Assembly: GCA_034530875.2 (NCBI GenBank)
Contig: JAVRCJ020000019.1
Span: 96,001-160,000, forward strand
DNA length: 64,000 nucleotides
Direction: 5' to 3'
DNA from: Nostoc sp. DedSLP01
Lineage (GTDB): Bacteria; Cyanobacteriota; Cyanobacteriia; Cyanobacteriales; Nostocaceae
Shown here: in pieces, positions 10,345 to 19,006 of the stretch
How the letters are laid out: the number at the start of each line of letters is the position of its first letter
How positions within the stretch are numbered: position 1 is the stretch's first letter
Made by a program: the position numbers and the translations under genes
Notes under the pieces: generated by a model
Told to the model about the DNA's origin: nothing
Seen by the model: the letters and a program-made list of their open reading frames with translations, nothing else
Database searches by the model: none

Positions 10345-11292
10345 CTAATAGTTATACTCAGGCTTGATATCTCGCAGCATTAGTTCATCAAGTGCTTGGC
10401 GTGGTGTAATATCACCTTGAAGTAAGCGATAAACTTGCTCGGTAATTGGCACAGCAATGTTTTGTTGCTTGGCTCGTTGTATCAAAACCCGACAAGTGTT
10501 AACTCCCTCAGCAGTTCCTTGTAAATTTGCGAGAATTTCTGTAAGTGTCTTACCACTAGCTAGCTGATAGCCGACTTGGTAATTGCGACTTAAGGGACTA
10601 TTGCAGGTTGCTAACAGATCTCCTAGACCCGATAAACCATAAAATGTTTCCGTCTTTGCGCCCCAGTCGTTACCGACGCGAATTATTTCTGTCAGTCCGC
10701 GGGTGACTAAAGCGGCTTTGGCATTGGTTCCTAGTTGTAAACCATCGCATACACCAGCAGCGATCGCAATCACATTTTTCAGAGTTCCCCCCAGTTCTAC
10801 ACCAAGGGGATCGGGATTGGTGTATACCCGGAAACGATTGGAAGAAAATACCAACTGCACTAGTTCAGCAGCCGTGGGAATATTACTAGCTACCACGGTT
10901 GCTGCTGGTAGTTGCATTTCAATTTCTTTAGATAAATTCGGCCCTGACAGAACAACTACTGCATGGTTAGGGAATATTGTTTGCCAAATTTGGGATGGCG
11001 TACAGGTGGTTTGGGGGTCTAAGCCTTTCGTTGCTGTGATAAAAATTGTCTCTGGAGAAACAGAGAAAGACTGGACTTGGGAAGCAACATCTCTGACACC
11101 AGTCATGGAAATAGCCGACAGGACTATTTGGACATCTTTTAGTACTGCTTCCAGAGTTTGGGAACCGTGACGCGACCAGAGATGCACCTCATGGCCATTT
11201 GCAGCTGCTAGATTTGCCAGCGCCATACCCCAAGCACCCGCACCCAGAATTGCAATAGAGAATTTTGAGTTGGAGTGTATCTGCTCGCTCAT
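10345..11292 (-). CDS. gpsA: NAD(P)H-dependent glycerol-3-phosphate dehydrogenase
   Basis: GAGAWG, SGPNLSKE, GGTLKNVIAIAAG, GLGDLLATC, SRNYQVG motifs. Confidence 0.95.
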   Translation of the reverse strand: MSEQIHSNSKFSIAILGAGAWGMALANLAAANGHEVHLWSRHGSQTLEAVLKDVQIVLSAISMTGVRDVASQVQSFSVSPETIFITATKGLDPQTTCTPSQIWQTIFPNHAVVVLSGPNLSKEIEMQLPAATVVASNIPTAAELVQLVFSSNRFRVYTNPDPLGVELGGTLKNVIAIAAGVCDGLQLGTNAKAALVTRGLTEIIRVGNDWGAKTETFYGLSGLGDLLATCNSPLSRNYQVGYQLASGKTLTEILANLQGTAEGVNTCRVLIQRAKQQNIAVPITEQVYRLLQGDITPRQALDELMLRDIKPEYNY

Positions 11293-11311
11293 AACTCCTA
11301 ATTCCTAACTC

Positions 11312-12196
11312 CTAACTCCCAACTTTTGAGCGCGGATAACGTTCCATTAATTCCCTGACTTGTTCTGCATGATATGAGCTTCTTGTCAATGGTGAAGAAA
11401 CTACTTGTAAAAATCCTATTTCTTCGCCGAATGCCTTCCAAGCAGCAAATTGTTCTGGGTGGATAAATTCATTTACTTTCAGGTGTTTTTGACTGGGTTG
11501 GAGGTATTGCCCAATTGTTAAAATATCGCAATCTACAGAGCGTAAGTCTTGCATCACTTGGCGGATTTCGGCGTCAGTTTCACCGAGTCCAACCATAATA
11601 CCCGATTTAGTGTAGGTGCTCTTAGAAAGTTGGCGAGTTCGCTGCAATAATTCTAATGTGCGATCGTAGTTTCCTTGGGGACGCACCCGGCGATACAAGC
11701 GGGGAACGGTTTCTGTGTTATGGTTTAACACCTCCGGCGCAGCTTGTAAAATCACCTCTAAAGCATCCCAATTACCGCACAAGTCAGGAATTAGCACTTC
11801 AATTGTGGTGTTGGGTGAGACATTACGAACTGCATCAATACACCCTACAAATTGAGATGCACCACCATCTGGTAAATCATCTCGGTTTACAGAAGTGATT
11901 ACCACATGATTAAGTTTCATCCGGCGAACAGCTTGGGCTAGTCGTGCTGGTTCTGTGGGATCTAGTGCTTTGGGTTTTTTCTCGAAATCAATATCGCAGT
12001 AGGGACAAGCACGCGTACAAGCCGGCCCCATAATCAAAAACGTGGCAGTACCAGCGTTGAAGCATTCACCAATATTCGGACACGAAGCTTCCTCGCAAAC
12101 TGTATTGAGGGCTAAATCCTGCAAAATGTCTTTAACGTTACCGATGCGCTCGCGCTGAGGTGCTTTTACCCGCAACCAGTCTGGTTTTACAGTCAC
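11312..12196 (-). CDS. lipA: Lipoyl synthase
   Basis: [12 protein letters not shown] auxiliary cluster motif, CTRACPYC radical-SAM motif, RSSYHA. Confidence 0.95.
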   Translation of the reverse strand: MTVKPDWLRVKAPQRERIGNVKDILQDLALNTVCEEASCPNIGECFNAGTATFLIMGPACTRACPYCDIDFEKKPKALDPTEPARLAQAVRRMKLNHVVITSVNRDDLPDGGASQFVGCIDAVRNVSPNTTIEVLIPDLCGNWDALEVILQAAPEVLNHNTETVPRLYRRVRPQGNYDRTLELLQRTRQLSKSTYTKSGIMVGLGETDAEIRQVMQDLRSVDCDILTIGQYLQPSQKHLKVNEFIHPEQFAAWKAFGEEIGFLQVVSSPLTRSSYHAEQVRELMERYPRSKVGS

Positions 12197-12334
12197 AATC
12201 TGCTTCTACCACTAAAGTTATACAAATTTTATGGTAGCAAGCAAAGCCTGTGCTGAAGTAACTATATATATAGATGTGATTTTGTCATTTGGCACGGGTT
12301 GTGATATTTTGGATTTATAGTGCCATTTTTTTGG

Positions 12335-12408
12335 CGGGATGTAGCGCAGCTTGGTAGCGCACTTCGTTCGGGACGAAGGGGCCGCTGGTTCGAATCCAGT
12401 CATCCCGA
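12335..12408 (+). tRNA. trnP: tRNA-Pro (anticodon CGG)
   Basis: Acceptor stem CGGGATG/CATCCCG, D-loop GCAGCTTGGTAGC, anticodon arm CTTCG-TTCGGGA-CGAAG, T-loop GGTTCGAATCC. CCA is not encoded. Confidence 0.97.
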
Positions 12409-12565
12409 TTTGTGTTGTAAGTTGATAGAATGTCTGTCTGTGTTGACAAGTCAGTTAACTATTATAGTGTATTGGGGTTACAAAGTATTGCACTTGTAGC
12501 TTTTATTATTGTTGTCACAAGCACAGGAGCGATCGCTTAAGCTTATGAAGTTCGACTCAAAAAGG

Positions 12566-12600
12566 GCGATGTCTGACGACAAGACGCTATACATCTACAC
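12566..12600. repeat. Degenerate small dispersed repeat (SDR5-like) in a split HIP1 site
   Basis: gcgat-gtctgacgacaagacgctatacatcta-cac resembles the HIP1-inserting very short repeats of Nostocales. Confidence 0.5.
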
Positions 12601-12895
12601 ATCTAGCGAAATGAAATTAAACGGTTTGAGATATAGAACCTGATACTTACTAAGATTCAGGATGATTTTACTGATAGAAAGCTGAAAATAAACAATCAGC
12701 ATCAACTAACCTTGAAAAAGAAATTTATAAATTTTTTACTTCTCAACTGGCATTTTTCGTTAGCAGCGGTAGAATTTTTTGATGAACTATTTTATATTTT
12801 CTGAAATTAGTCTAGAGTTTTTAACTGAATTTGAGTAAATTATAGTAATCGAGCTTTATTTTTGAAATTATCTAGCTAATTAGCATATTTTAATT

Positions 12896-13801
12896 ATGTA
12901 CCAAACTACTTTGAACCTCAAATATATCGAAAATACGGTCAATCCGGTATTTGCTAACCACGAAACTTTTCATCCCCGTTTTGGCTGGTTAAAAAAAGGA
13001 TTTGATGCTGCCAAGAAGAATCCTGGAATTTTTTTACAGGATGATGCAACCGTGCGTTTAGGTGTTGGTAAAAACATGGTACGCGCTATTCGCTATTGGT
13101 GTATTGCTTTTAAAATTCTTGATAAGAATAATTCACCAACAATATTTGGAGAAAAACTTTTAGGAGACAATGGATGGGACTCTTATTTAGAAGACCCGGC
13201 ATCATTATGGTTATTACATTGGAATTTGTTAAAACCTTCTTGTGACGCTGCTGCATGGTACTATGTTTTTAATGTATTTCGAGATTTAGAGTTTACAAAA
13301 GAAGATATTTTAGCAGGTTTGAAAGAATATATTGGCAATTTTAATAAAACTATTGCTGAATCTTCTTTTATCAAAGATATCAGTTGTATTCTGAGAATGT
13401 ATGCTACACAAGATTTTATTAGAGATAATGCCCCAATCGAAGATTCTATTGATTGCCCTTTTAACGAACTTGGTTTAATTCGTCATTTTGGTAAAAATTA
13501 TCAGTTTAAAATTGCTGCAAAAGCAAATTTACCCGTACAAATTATAGTCGCTACTTGTTTAGAATATGCTAGTCGAGAGGATAGCCAAACAATTAGTATT
13601 CCTCGTCTACTTTATGATGAAGGTAGTCCGGGGATGGTATTTAAATTGACAGAAAATATTTTATGTGCAGCTATTGAGAGTGTGGCGAAAGAATTTGATA
13701 CGATATTTCTTTCTGATACTGCTGGATTAATTCAGTTATCTTTTACTGATGAACCGGAAACTTTAGCTGAAAAAATTTTAGAACGATATTATGATTCTTG
13801 A
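12896..13801 (+). CDS. sspB: DUF4007 family protein (SspB-like component of single-strand phosphorothioation)
   Basis: FANHETFHPRFGWLKKG, LGVGKNMVRAIRYW, DSYLEDPASLWLLHW, CPFNELGLI, DTAGLIQL are DUF4007 hallmarks. Confidence 0.8.
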   Translation: MYQTTLNLKYIENTVNPVFANHETFHPRFGWLKKGFDAAKKNPGIFLQDDATVRLGVGKNMVRAIRYWCIAFKILDKNNSPTIFGEKLLGDNGWDSYLEDPASLWLLHWNLLKPSCDAAAWYYVFNVFRDLEFTKEDILAGLKEYIGNFNKTIAESSFIKDISCILRMYATQDFIRDNAPIEDSIDCPFNELGLIRHFGKNYQFKIAAKANLPVQIIVATCLEYASREDSQTISIPRLLYDEGSPGMVFKLTENILCAAIESVAKEFDTIFLSDTAGLIQLSFTDEPETLAEKILERYYDS

Positions 13802-13819
13802 TAAAAATTAAGTAAAGAT

Positions 13820-16800
13820 ATGAGTAATAAAAAACTATCCCATTATTTCAGTCTTCAGCGGCGCTATTCTCGTTCCATCAATTTAGAAAGAGATTTAGAT
13901 AGTGTAGAAGCATTAGAAGGTTACGTTCTGACTAAAAGAGCAATTGATTCTCTTGCACGTATTGTAAATAGTTTTAATTTTGATGAAGGAAATAGAGCTT
14001 GGACATTAACGAGTGTTTATGGAACTGGGAAATCTGCTTTTGCTCATTATTTAATTTCGCTATGTGCCAGTTATCAAAATAAAATGCACGTTAAAGCTTT
14101 AGCAATAGCTGAAGATAAATTAGGTAAAGATAGTGAAATTTATCAATTAATTAAAGACAAAATTTACTCGAAAGGATTAATTCGGGCTGTGGCTACGGGA
14201 CAAAGGGAACCGATTAGTCATACGATTATTAGGGCTTTGTTAAATGGTGTTGAAAGTTTTTGGACTACTAACCAAAGAAATAAAATCAATGTTGTTCGCC
14301 AATTAGTAGATTTAGAAGCAGAAATAAATGATGGCGGAACAGTTGATAGTAAAGAAATTCCTAATTTGGTATTAGAAGTAGCTAAGGAATCTCAAACTGG
14401 AATTTTTCTTGTTATTGATGAACTGGGTAAGAATTTAGAGTATGCTGCTCATGCTCAAGGAGATGAAGATTTATATCTTTTACAACAGTTAGCTGAATTA
14501 CCAAAAGATAGCAAAACTCCTATTTATATTTTAGGTATTTTACATCAAGCTTTCTCAGAATATGGACAACGATTAGCAACTGTTCAACGAAATGAATGGG
14601 CAAAGATTAAGGGTAGATTTGAAGATATTGCTTTTGCTGAGTCATCTGGACAAATGATGAGTTTAATTGGCCAAGCAATTGACTCTTCAGCAGCAGATGC
14701 AATAAGTTGTGCGATTAGTAATTACTCTGAGGAGTGGTTTCAATATTTAGAATCAAAAATTGTAGATGAAGAAGTAACTGATGAAGTTATCAAAGCAGTT
14801 TATCCTCTACATCCTTTATCTGCTTTGGCATTACCAGGCCTGTGTCAACGTTACGCTCAAAATGACCGTTCTTTATTCACGTTTTTAACTAGTAGGGAAC
14901 CTTTATCATTTCGTAATTTTTTAGAAGAAGTAACAGTTACAGATGATAATTTGCCAAGTCTGAAATTGGATCGAGTGTATGACTATTTTATTGAAGCGGC
15001 AGGAATGGGTTTAGCTTCTCGCCCTAATTTGCAAAGGTGGGTAGAAGTTCAAGATTTAATTAATGATGCTAAACGTTTAGAAGAAGATAGTCTAAGAGTA
15101 CTAAAAACTATTGGAATATTGAACCTAATTACAGTTACAGGTTCAATAAGAGCTACTAGAAATTTAGTATCTTTAGCAATGTGCGATCGCCCTTCTTCAA
15201 GTCAGATTAATTATTGGCAACAAATTATCGATAAATTACTAAAACAGAATTTAATTACTCATCGTCGTCAATTAGATGAATTGCGGATTTGGCAAGGTTC
15301 TGATTTTAATGTTGATAGTGAATTAAGTACATATATAGAACAAGAGCGATCGCCTTTAATTAAGCTGTTATCTCTCCATCGTCCTCTCAAGCCTTTAGTT
15401 GCACAACGTCACAGTTATCAAACGGGAACTTTGCGTTATTTTGAACGCCATTATTTAGATAATTCTCAAGATTTGAGCCAATTACGTTGTAGTAGCGTGG
15501 ATGCAGATGGTTTTGTTGGCTATTGGCTAGATGAAGAAATTCCTAATTTTGTTCCTCCTGCAACTAGCGATGGTAAGCCATTGGTGATTTTGAGTGCGGC
15601 TAACTTAGATATTTTGCGAATTCGTACCTTGGAATTTGTAGCTTTAAGTAATATCAAAAGAACGGCGAAAGAGTTACAAACTGATGGGGTAGCGAGAAAA
15701 GAGGTAAATTATCGGCTGCAAGAAGCTGAAGAATTTTTAGATGAAACTCTCAATCAATCCTTTAGTATCGGGGTAAATCGACAATGTTGGATTCAAGGAA
15801 AAGTTGAAATCCTCAACAACATTACTGATTTTAATAGTAAGCTTTCTGATATTTGCGATCGCGTTTACCATCGCAGTGCAATTTTATGGAATGAATTAAT
15901 TAACCGTCGAGATTTAACCTTTCAAGGAGTAAAGGCTAGACGAGAATTGATTCAGGCAATGTTGGAACATCAAAATGAAGAGAGATTAGCTTTAGAAGGT
16001 TACGGCCCTGAAGTTAGTATGTATTATTCTCTATTAGAAGAAACAGGAATTCATGCCTCCGGCACGCTGCGCGAACGTCAGGAAGATGGTTATTGGGATT
16101 TTTATCCACCATTGGAAAATTCCGGTTTGAATTCTCTGTGGGAAGCGGTTGAGAATTTTTGTTTAGCAGCAACAGAAAAAAGCCAAAGTTTTGATTTACT
16201 TTATCAAGATTTAGCAGCACCTCCATTCGGTGTGAAACAAGGTGCAATTCCCGTTATTTTAGCGGCTGTACTGTTGTATCATGCTGATGATTTAGGACTT
16301 TATCAAGACGGTACATTTATTCCTGTATTAGGAACGGAACATTTTGAATTATTAGTAAAATATCCCGAACGATTTGCAGTTAAGTATTTTGCAGTAGTTG
16401 GATTAAGGGCAGAAGTTTTCAAAGAATTGGAAGCTATTTTACGCAATCCTCAGTTAAAGAAATTGAGTAAAGTGCGTAACGCCACTTTGTTAACGGTGGT
16501 TACTCCTCTTTATCAATTTGTCAATAAGCTGCCTAAATATACTCAACAAACCCGACGTTTGACAGATGAACCCAGAGCCATTTTAAAAGCTTTAAAAACT
16601 ACTGTTGAACCGGATGAATTGTTATTCAAGACTTTACCAGCAGCTTGTAATTTGCCTGCAATTGGCACTGAAGACGGAGATGATGGTGTTACTGCGAAAA
16701 ACTTACGTACTAAATTAGTTCATGCCCTGAGAGAAATTCATACAGCTTACGATCGCTTGTTGAGTGATTGTCAAAAGCTGATTTATGAAGGCTTTGGCGT

Positions 16801-17344
16801 CAGAAGCCAGGAAACAAAACTTAGGGAAGATTTGCGGGTAAGGGCGAATTATTTAGCGGGAAAATGTATTGAACCTCTACTAAAACGCTTTATTAAAGCA
16901 GCATTGGATGAAACGAAGACTGATTCTCAATGGTTGGAAGCTTTGGTGATGATTGTGGCGGATAAACCCGCGGAATCGTGGACTGATGAGGATGCGATCG
17001 CTTTTGAGATGAAGTTAGCTGATTTGGTGCGACGTTTCAAGAATCTGGAAGCTTTGCAAAAGGAAGTCGCCGCCAAAGGGGAAGGTTTTGAAGCCCGACG
17101 AATTACTGTGACTCGCCCCGATGGTGAGGAATTCAATCAAATGGTATGGGTAGATCGTGGCAGAGAATCGCAGGTTGAGCAAATTGTTGACGAAATTCTG
17201 GCTAAATTACCTGGCGATCGCCAGTTACGACAAGCGATTTTAGCAAAATTGAGCGAACGAATTTTAAACCCTGATTTACCAGAGACAGTTACTAAGATTG
17301 ATGACAAGCGAACTGATGAAATAACCGGGACAAACTTCGGTTAA
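13820..17344 (+). CDS. sspC: Large P-loop ATPase (SspC-like)
   Basis: RSINLERD N-terminus, Walker A VYGTGKS, Walker B FLVIDELGKNLE, EWAKIKGRF, YPLHP, AQNDRSLFTFL. Starts 18 bp after the DUF4007 gene. Confidence 0.75.
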   Translation: MSNKKLSHYFSLQRRYSRSINLERDLDSVEALEGYVLTKRAIDSLARIVNSFNFDEGNRAWTLTSVYGTGKSAFAHYLISLCASYQNKMHVKALAIAEDKLGKDSEIYQLIKDKIYSKGLIRAVATGQREPISHTIIRALLNGVESFWTTNQRNKINVVRQLVDLEAEINDGGTVDSKEIPNLVLEVAKESQTGIFLVIDELGKNLEYAAHAQGDEDLYLLQQLAELPKDSKTPIYILGILHQAFSEYGQRLATVQRNEWAKIKGRFEDIAFAESSGQMMSLIGQAIDSSAADAISCAISNYSEEWFQYLESKIVDEEVTDEVIKAVYPLHPLSALALPGLCQRYAQNDRSLFTFLTSREPLSFRNFLEEVTVTDDNLPSLKLDRVYDYFIEAAGMGLASRPNLQRWVEVQDLINDAKRLEEDSLRVLKTIGILNLITVTGSIRATRNLVSLAMCDRPSSSQINYWQQIIDKLLKQNLITHRRQLDELRIWQGSDFNVDSELSTYIEQERSPLIKLLSLHRPLKPLVAQRHSYQTGTLRYFERHYLDNSQDLSQLRCSSVDADGFVGYWLDEEIPNFVPPATSDGKPLVILSAANLDILRIRTLEFVALSNIKRTAKELQTDGVARKEVNYRLQEAEEFLDETLNQSFSIGVNRQCWIQGKVEILNNITDFNSKLSDICDRVYHRSAILWNELINRRDLTFQGVKARRELIQAMLEHQNEERLALEGYGPEVSMYYSLLEETGIHASGTLRERQEDGYWDFYPPLENSGLNSLWEAVENFCLAATEKSQSFDLLYQDLAAPPFGVKQGAIPVILAAVLLYHADDLGLYQDGTFIPVLGTEHFELLVKYPERFAVKYFAVVGLRAEVFKELEAILRNPQLKKLSKVRNATLLTVVTPLYQFVNKLPKYTQQTRRLTDEPRAILKALKTTVEPDELLFKTLPAACNLPAIGTEDGDDGVTAKNLRTKLVHALREIHTAYDRLLSDCQKLIYEGFGVRSQETKLREDLRVRANYLAGKCIEPLLKRFIKAALDETKTDSQWLEALVMIVADKPAESWTDEDAIAFEMKLADLVRRFKNLEALQKEVAAKGEGFEARRITVTRPDGEEFNQMVWVDRGRESQVEQIVDEILAKLPGDRQLRQAILAKLSERILNPDLPETVTKIDDKRTDEITGTNFG

Positions 17345-17482
17345 GAGAAGCATTATGATGAGAAAAGAGAACAAAATAAGAACTTCAACTTCTTTGAAAA
17401 TTGAGGTATCTTAATCTCTCGAAATTCTGTCAAAAATCCAAGCAATTTTGGAGTAGTGCGATCGCACCAACTCCCCATATTT

Positions 17483-18367
17483 TTATCCTTGTTGTTGATT
17501 TAACCAAGTTTCTAAATCAGCAACACTAGAAAAGTCTAGTAAGGCTTCCCCTAAGTTTTCTAATTGTTCAATCGATAATCCTTGAATTCGTGCGATTAAT
17601 GATTGATTAATTTCCCCAATACGGCGATTGAGTTGACGCAATATTAAGTCTTGTTTTCCTTCTTGTTTCGCTTGTTCTCTAGCTCTTTGATAAAGTGGTT
17701 CTAAACGCATAATTAACTCCCGATCTTCTGTTTCTAATTCTTGATTTACGCTCAAGTTTTCACGTAAGTTGTAAACTAATTCAAGGGTTGCTTTCTGGTA
17801 TGGATGATTTAATGGTAACGCTTGCAGTTCGATAATCGCTTGTGACTGTACGTTTCCTCTACCTAAAAGCCTCAACCATAATGTCTCTGGTATTTGCGGT
17901 AGTTGATGTATTGCTATAATTGCTGTCCGCAGCGCATCTGGGAGAAAATGTACTCCTGATAACCAATCTGCTTTTTGCATAGTTACGAAACTAGACAATC
18001 TAGTTTCAGATACGGTTGGTGTCAGAATCCATAACTTGGGAATTTCTGAGTCTTGAAGTTTGCTTTTATTTGCTTTAGCTTGTTGCCGCAGTGAAGCTTT
18101 GACTTCTAATAGTTTTAGAATACAGTCGCAGATTTCATCAGTAGAAGCGGGATTGCGAAAGGGTTCTATGATTGCAGGATTTTCTGCAAATCTTCCTAGC
18201 AAACCGAGGATTTGTAAATTAGAGTTTTGCTGTTTAAAAGGAGTGAATAAAACGTCTATTTCTTTAATTTCTCCTGAGATTTTTTCTGAGGCTTTGATTT
18301 CTCCGTAATCTTTTAATAACTCTTCGAGATAGTCTTTGGCGAATTTGTCATGGATGAAGCGCGTCAT
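17483..18367 (-). CDS. Cyanobacterial Rpn-like / DUF4351 C-terminal domain protein
   Basis: HDKFAKDYLEELL and EIDVLF (PD-(D/E)XK-like), ETLWLRLLGRG, C-terminal LILRQLNRRIG...LSIEQLENLGEALLDFSSVADLETWL. Confidence 0.8.
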   Translation of the reverse strand: MTRFIHDKFAKDYLEELLKDYGEIKASEKISGEIKEIDVLFTPFKQQNSNLQILGLLGRFAENPAIIEPFRNPASTDEICDCILKLLEVKASLRQQAKANKSKLQDSEIPKLWILTPTVSETRLSSFVTMQKADWLSGVHFLPDALRTAIIAIHQLPQIPETLWLRLLGRGNVQSQAIIELQALPLNHPYQKATLELVYNLRENLSVNQELETEDRELIMRLEPLYQRAREQAKQEGKQDLILRQLNRRIGEINQSLIARIQGLSIEQLENLGEALLDFSSVADLETWLNQQQG

Positions 18368-18421
18368 TAAATTAGGATTCCTCTTTTAAATTATCAAGAG
18401 TTGGCGCGAAATCGCCCCCAT

Positions 18422-18625
18422 TGCTGCCAACTTAACGCGAAACGGGCGGTTAGAAACCGCGTCTATACAAACAAAACCCACCTACCCTTCGGGAACGCCA
18501 AGGGCGAACGTGGGTTTCAAAACTCTGGTTTTCCATTAGTCCGCGTTGGCGGACTTCTCTACGAGACGCTACGCGAACGCCTGTGTAGCTGCGAATTCTA
18601 TTCGCCACGGCTTAATTTGACACCA
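18422..18625. mobile_element. Miniature element with TGGTGTCAACTTAA-type terminal inverted repeats (degenerate), containing REP-like and SDR-like internal repeats
   Basis: tgctgccaacttaacg...gcttaatttgacacca; same ends as the elements at 45493 and 47989. Confidence 0.6.
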
Positions 18626-18659
18626 ATGAATCGCCCCAACTCCCTATACTTTCTATTTC

Positions 18660-18908
18660 CTAGATTTGTTGTCTAATTAATACACTTACTACATCGCCTG
18701 ATTCACCTAAACTACCTGCTACTACAGGTTTAGACCAAGAACCTACTTCTGCATAACCTGTAGTATGCAACCGATGAATAGTCTTCTTCACTATATTAGG
18801 ACTACCGACTAATATGTGTTTGATCTTTTCTCTGCTTACCGGGATTTGATTGCTGCTGTCATCTTCTAATTTGATAAATTCTTCTGCCATAACGCACCTG
18901 TTTAACAT
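18660..18908 (-). CDS. Small conserved cyanobacterial hypothetical protein (HILxGSP...TIHRLH..GYA...WS family)
   Basis: Clear paralog of 48353..48646 in this window. Alternative start MAEEF at 18890. Confidence 0.75.
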   Translation of the reverse strand: MLNRCVMAEEFIKLEDDSSNQIPVSREKIKHILVGSPNIVKKTIHRLHTTGYAEVGSWSKPVVAGSLGESGDVVSVLIRQQI

Positions 18909-18915
18909 TATCTCT

Positions 18916-18943
18916 AATTTGTTATCATTTATGATAACAAATT
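18916..18943. promoter_or_regulatory. Perfect 13-bp inverted repeat, probable operator of the divergent XRE-HNH gene
   Basis: AATTTGTTATCAT-TT-ATGATAACAAATT, with an extra half-site GTTATCAT at about 18954, in the short divergent intergenic gap. Confidence 0.7.
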
Positions 18944-19006
18944 TGGTGTAAAAGTTATCATAAAAGTTAATAAAATTCTGATTGCTATCCTGTGATAATG
19001 GAAATC

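Noticed and set aside
12218..12403. 61-aa ORF beginning MTGFEPAAPSSRTKCATKLRY
   Set aside because: It is the antisense reading of tRNA-Pro, a classic artefact.
12896..17344. BREX type 4 or Dnd system call
   Set aside because: No PglZ, BrxL or DndB/C/D/E motifs were seen; DUF4007 + ATPase + desulfurase fits Ssp better.
18401..18676. 91-aa + strand ORF
   Set aside because: Made almost entirely of miniature repeat elements; no protein-like motif.
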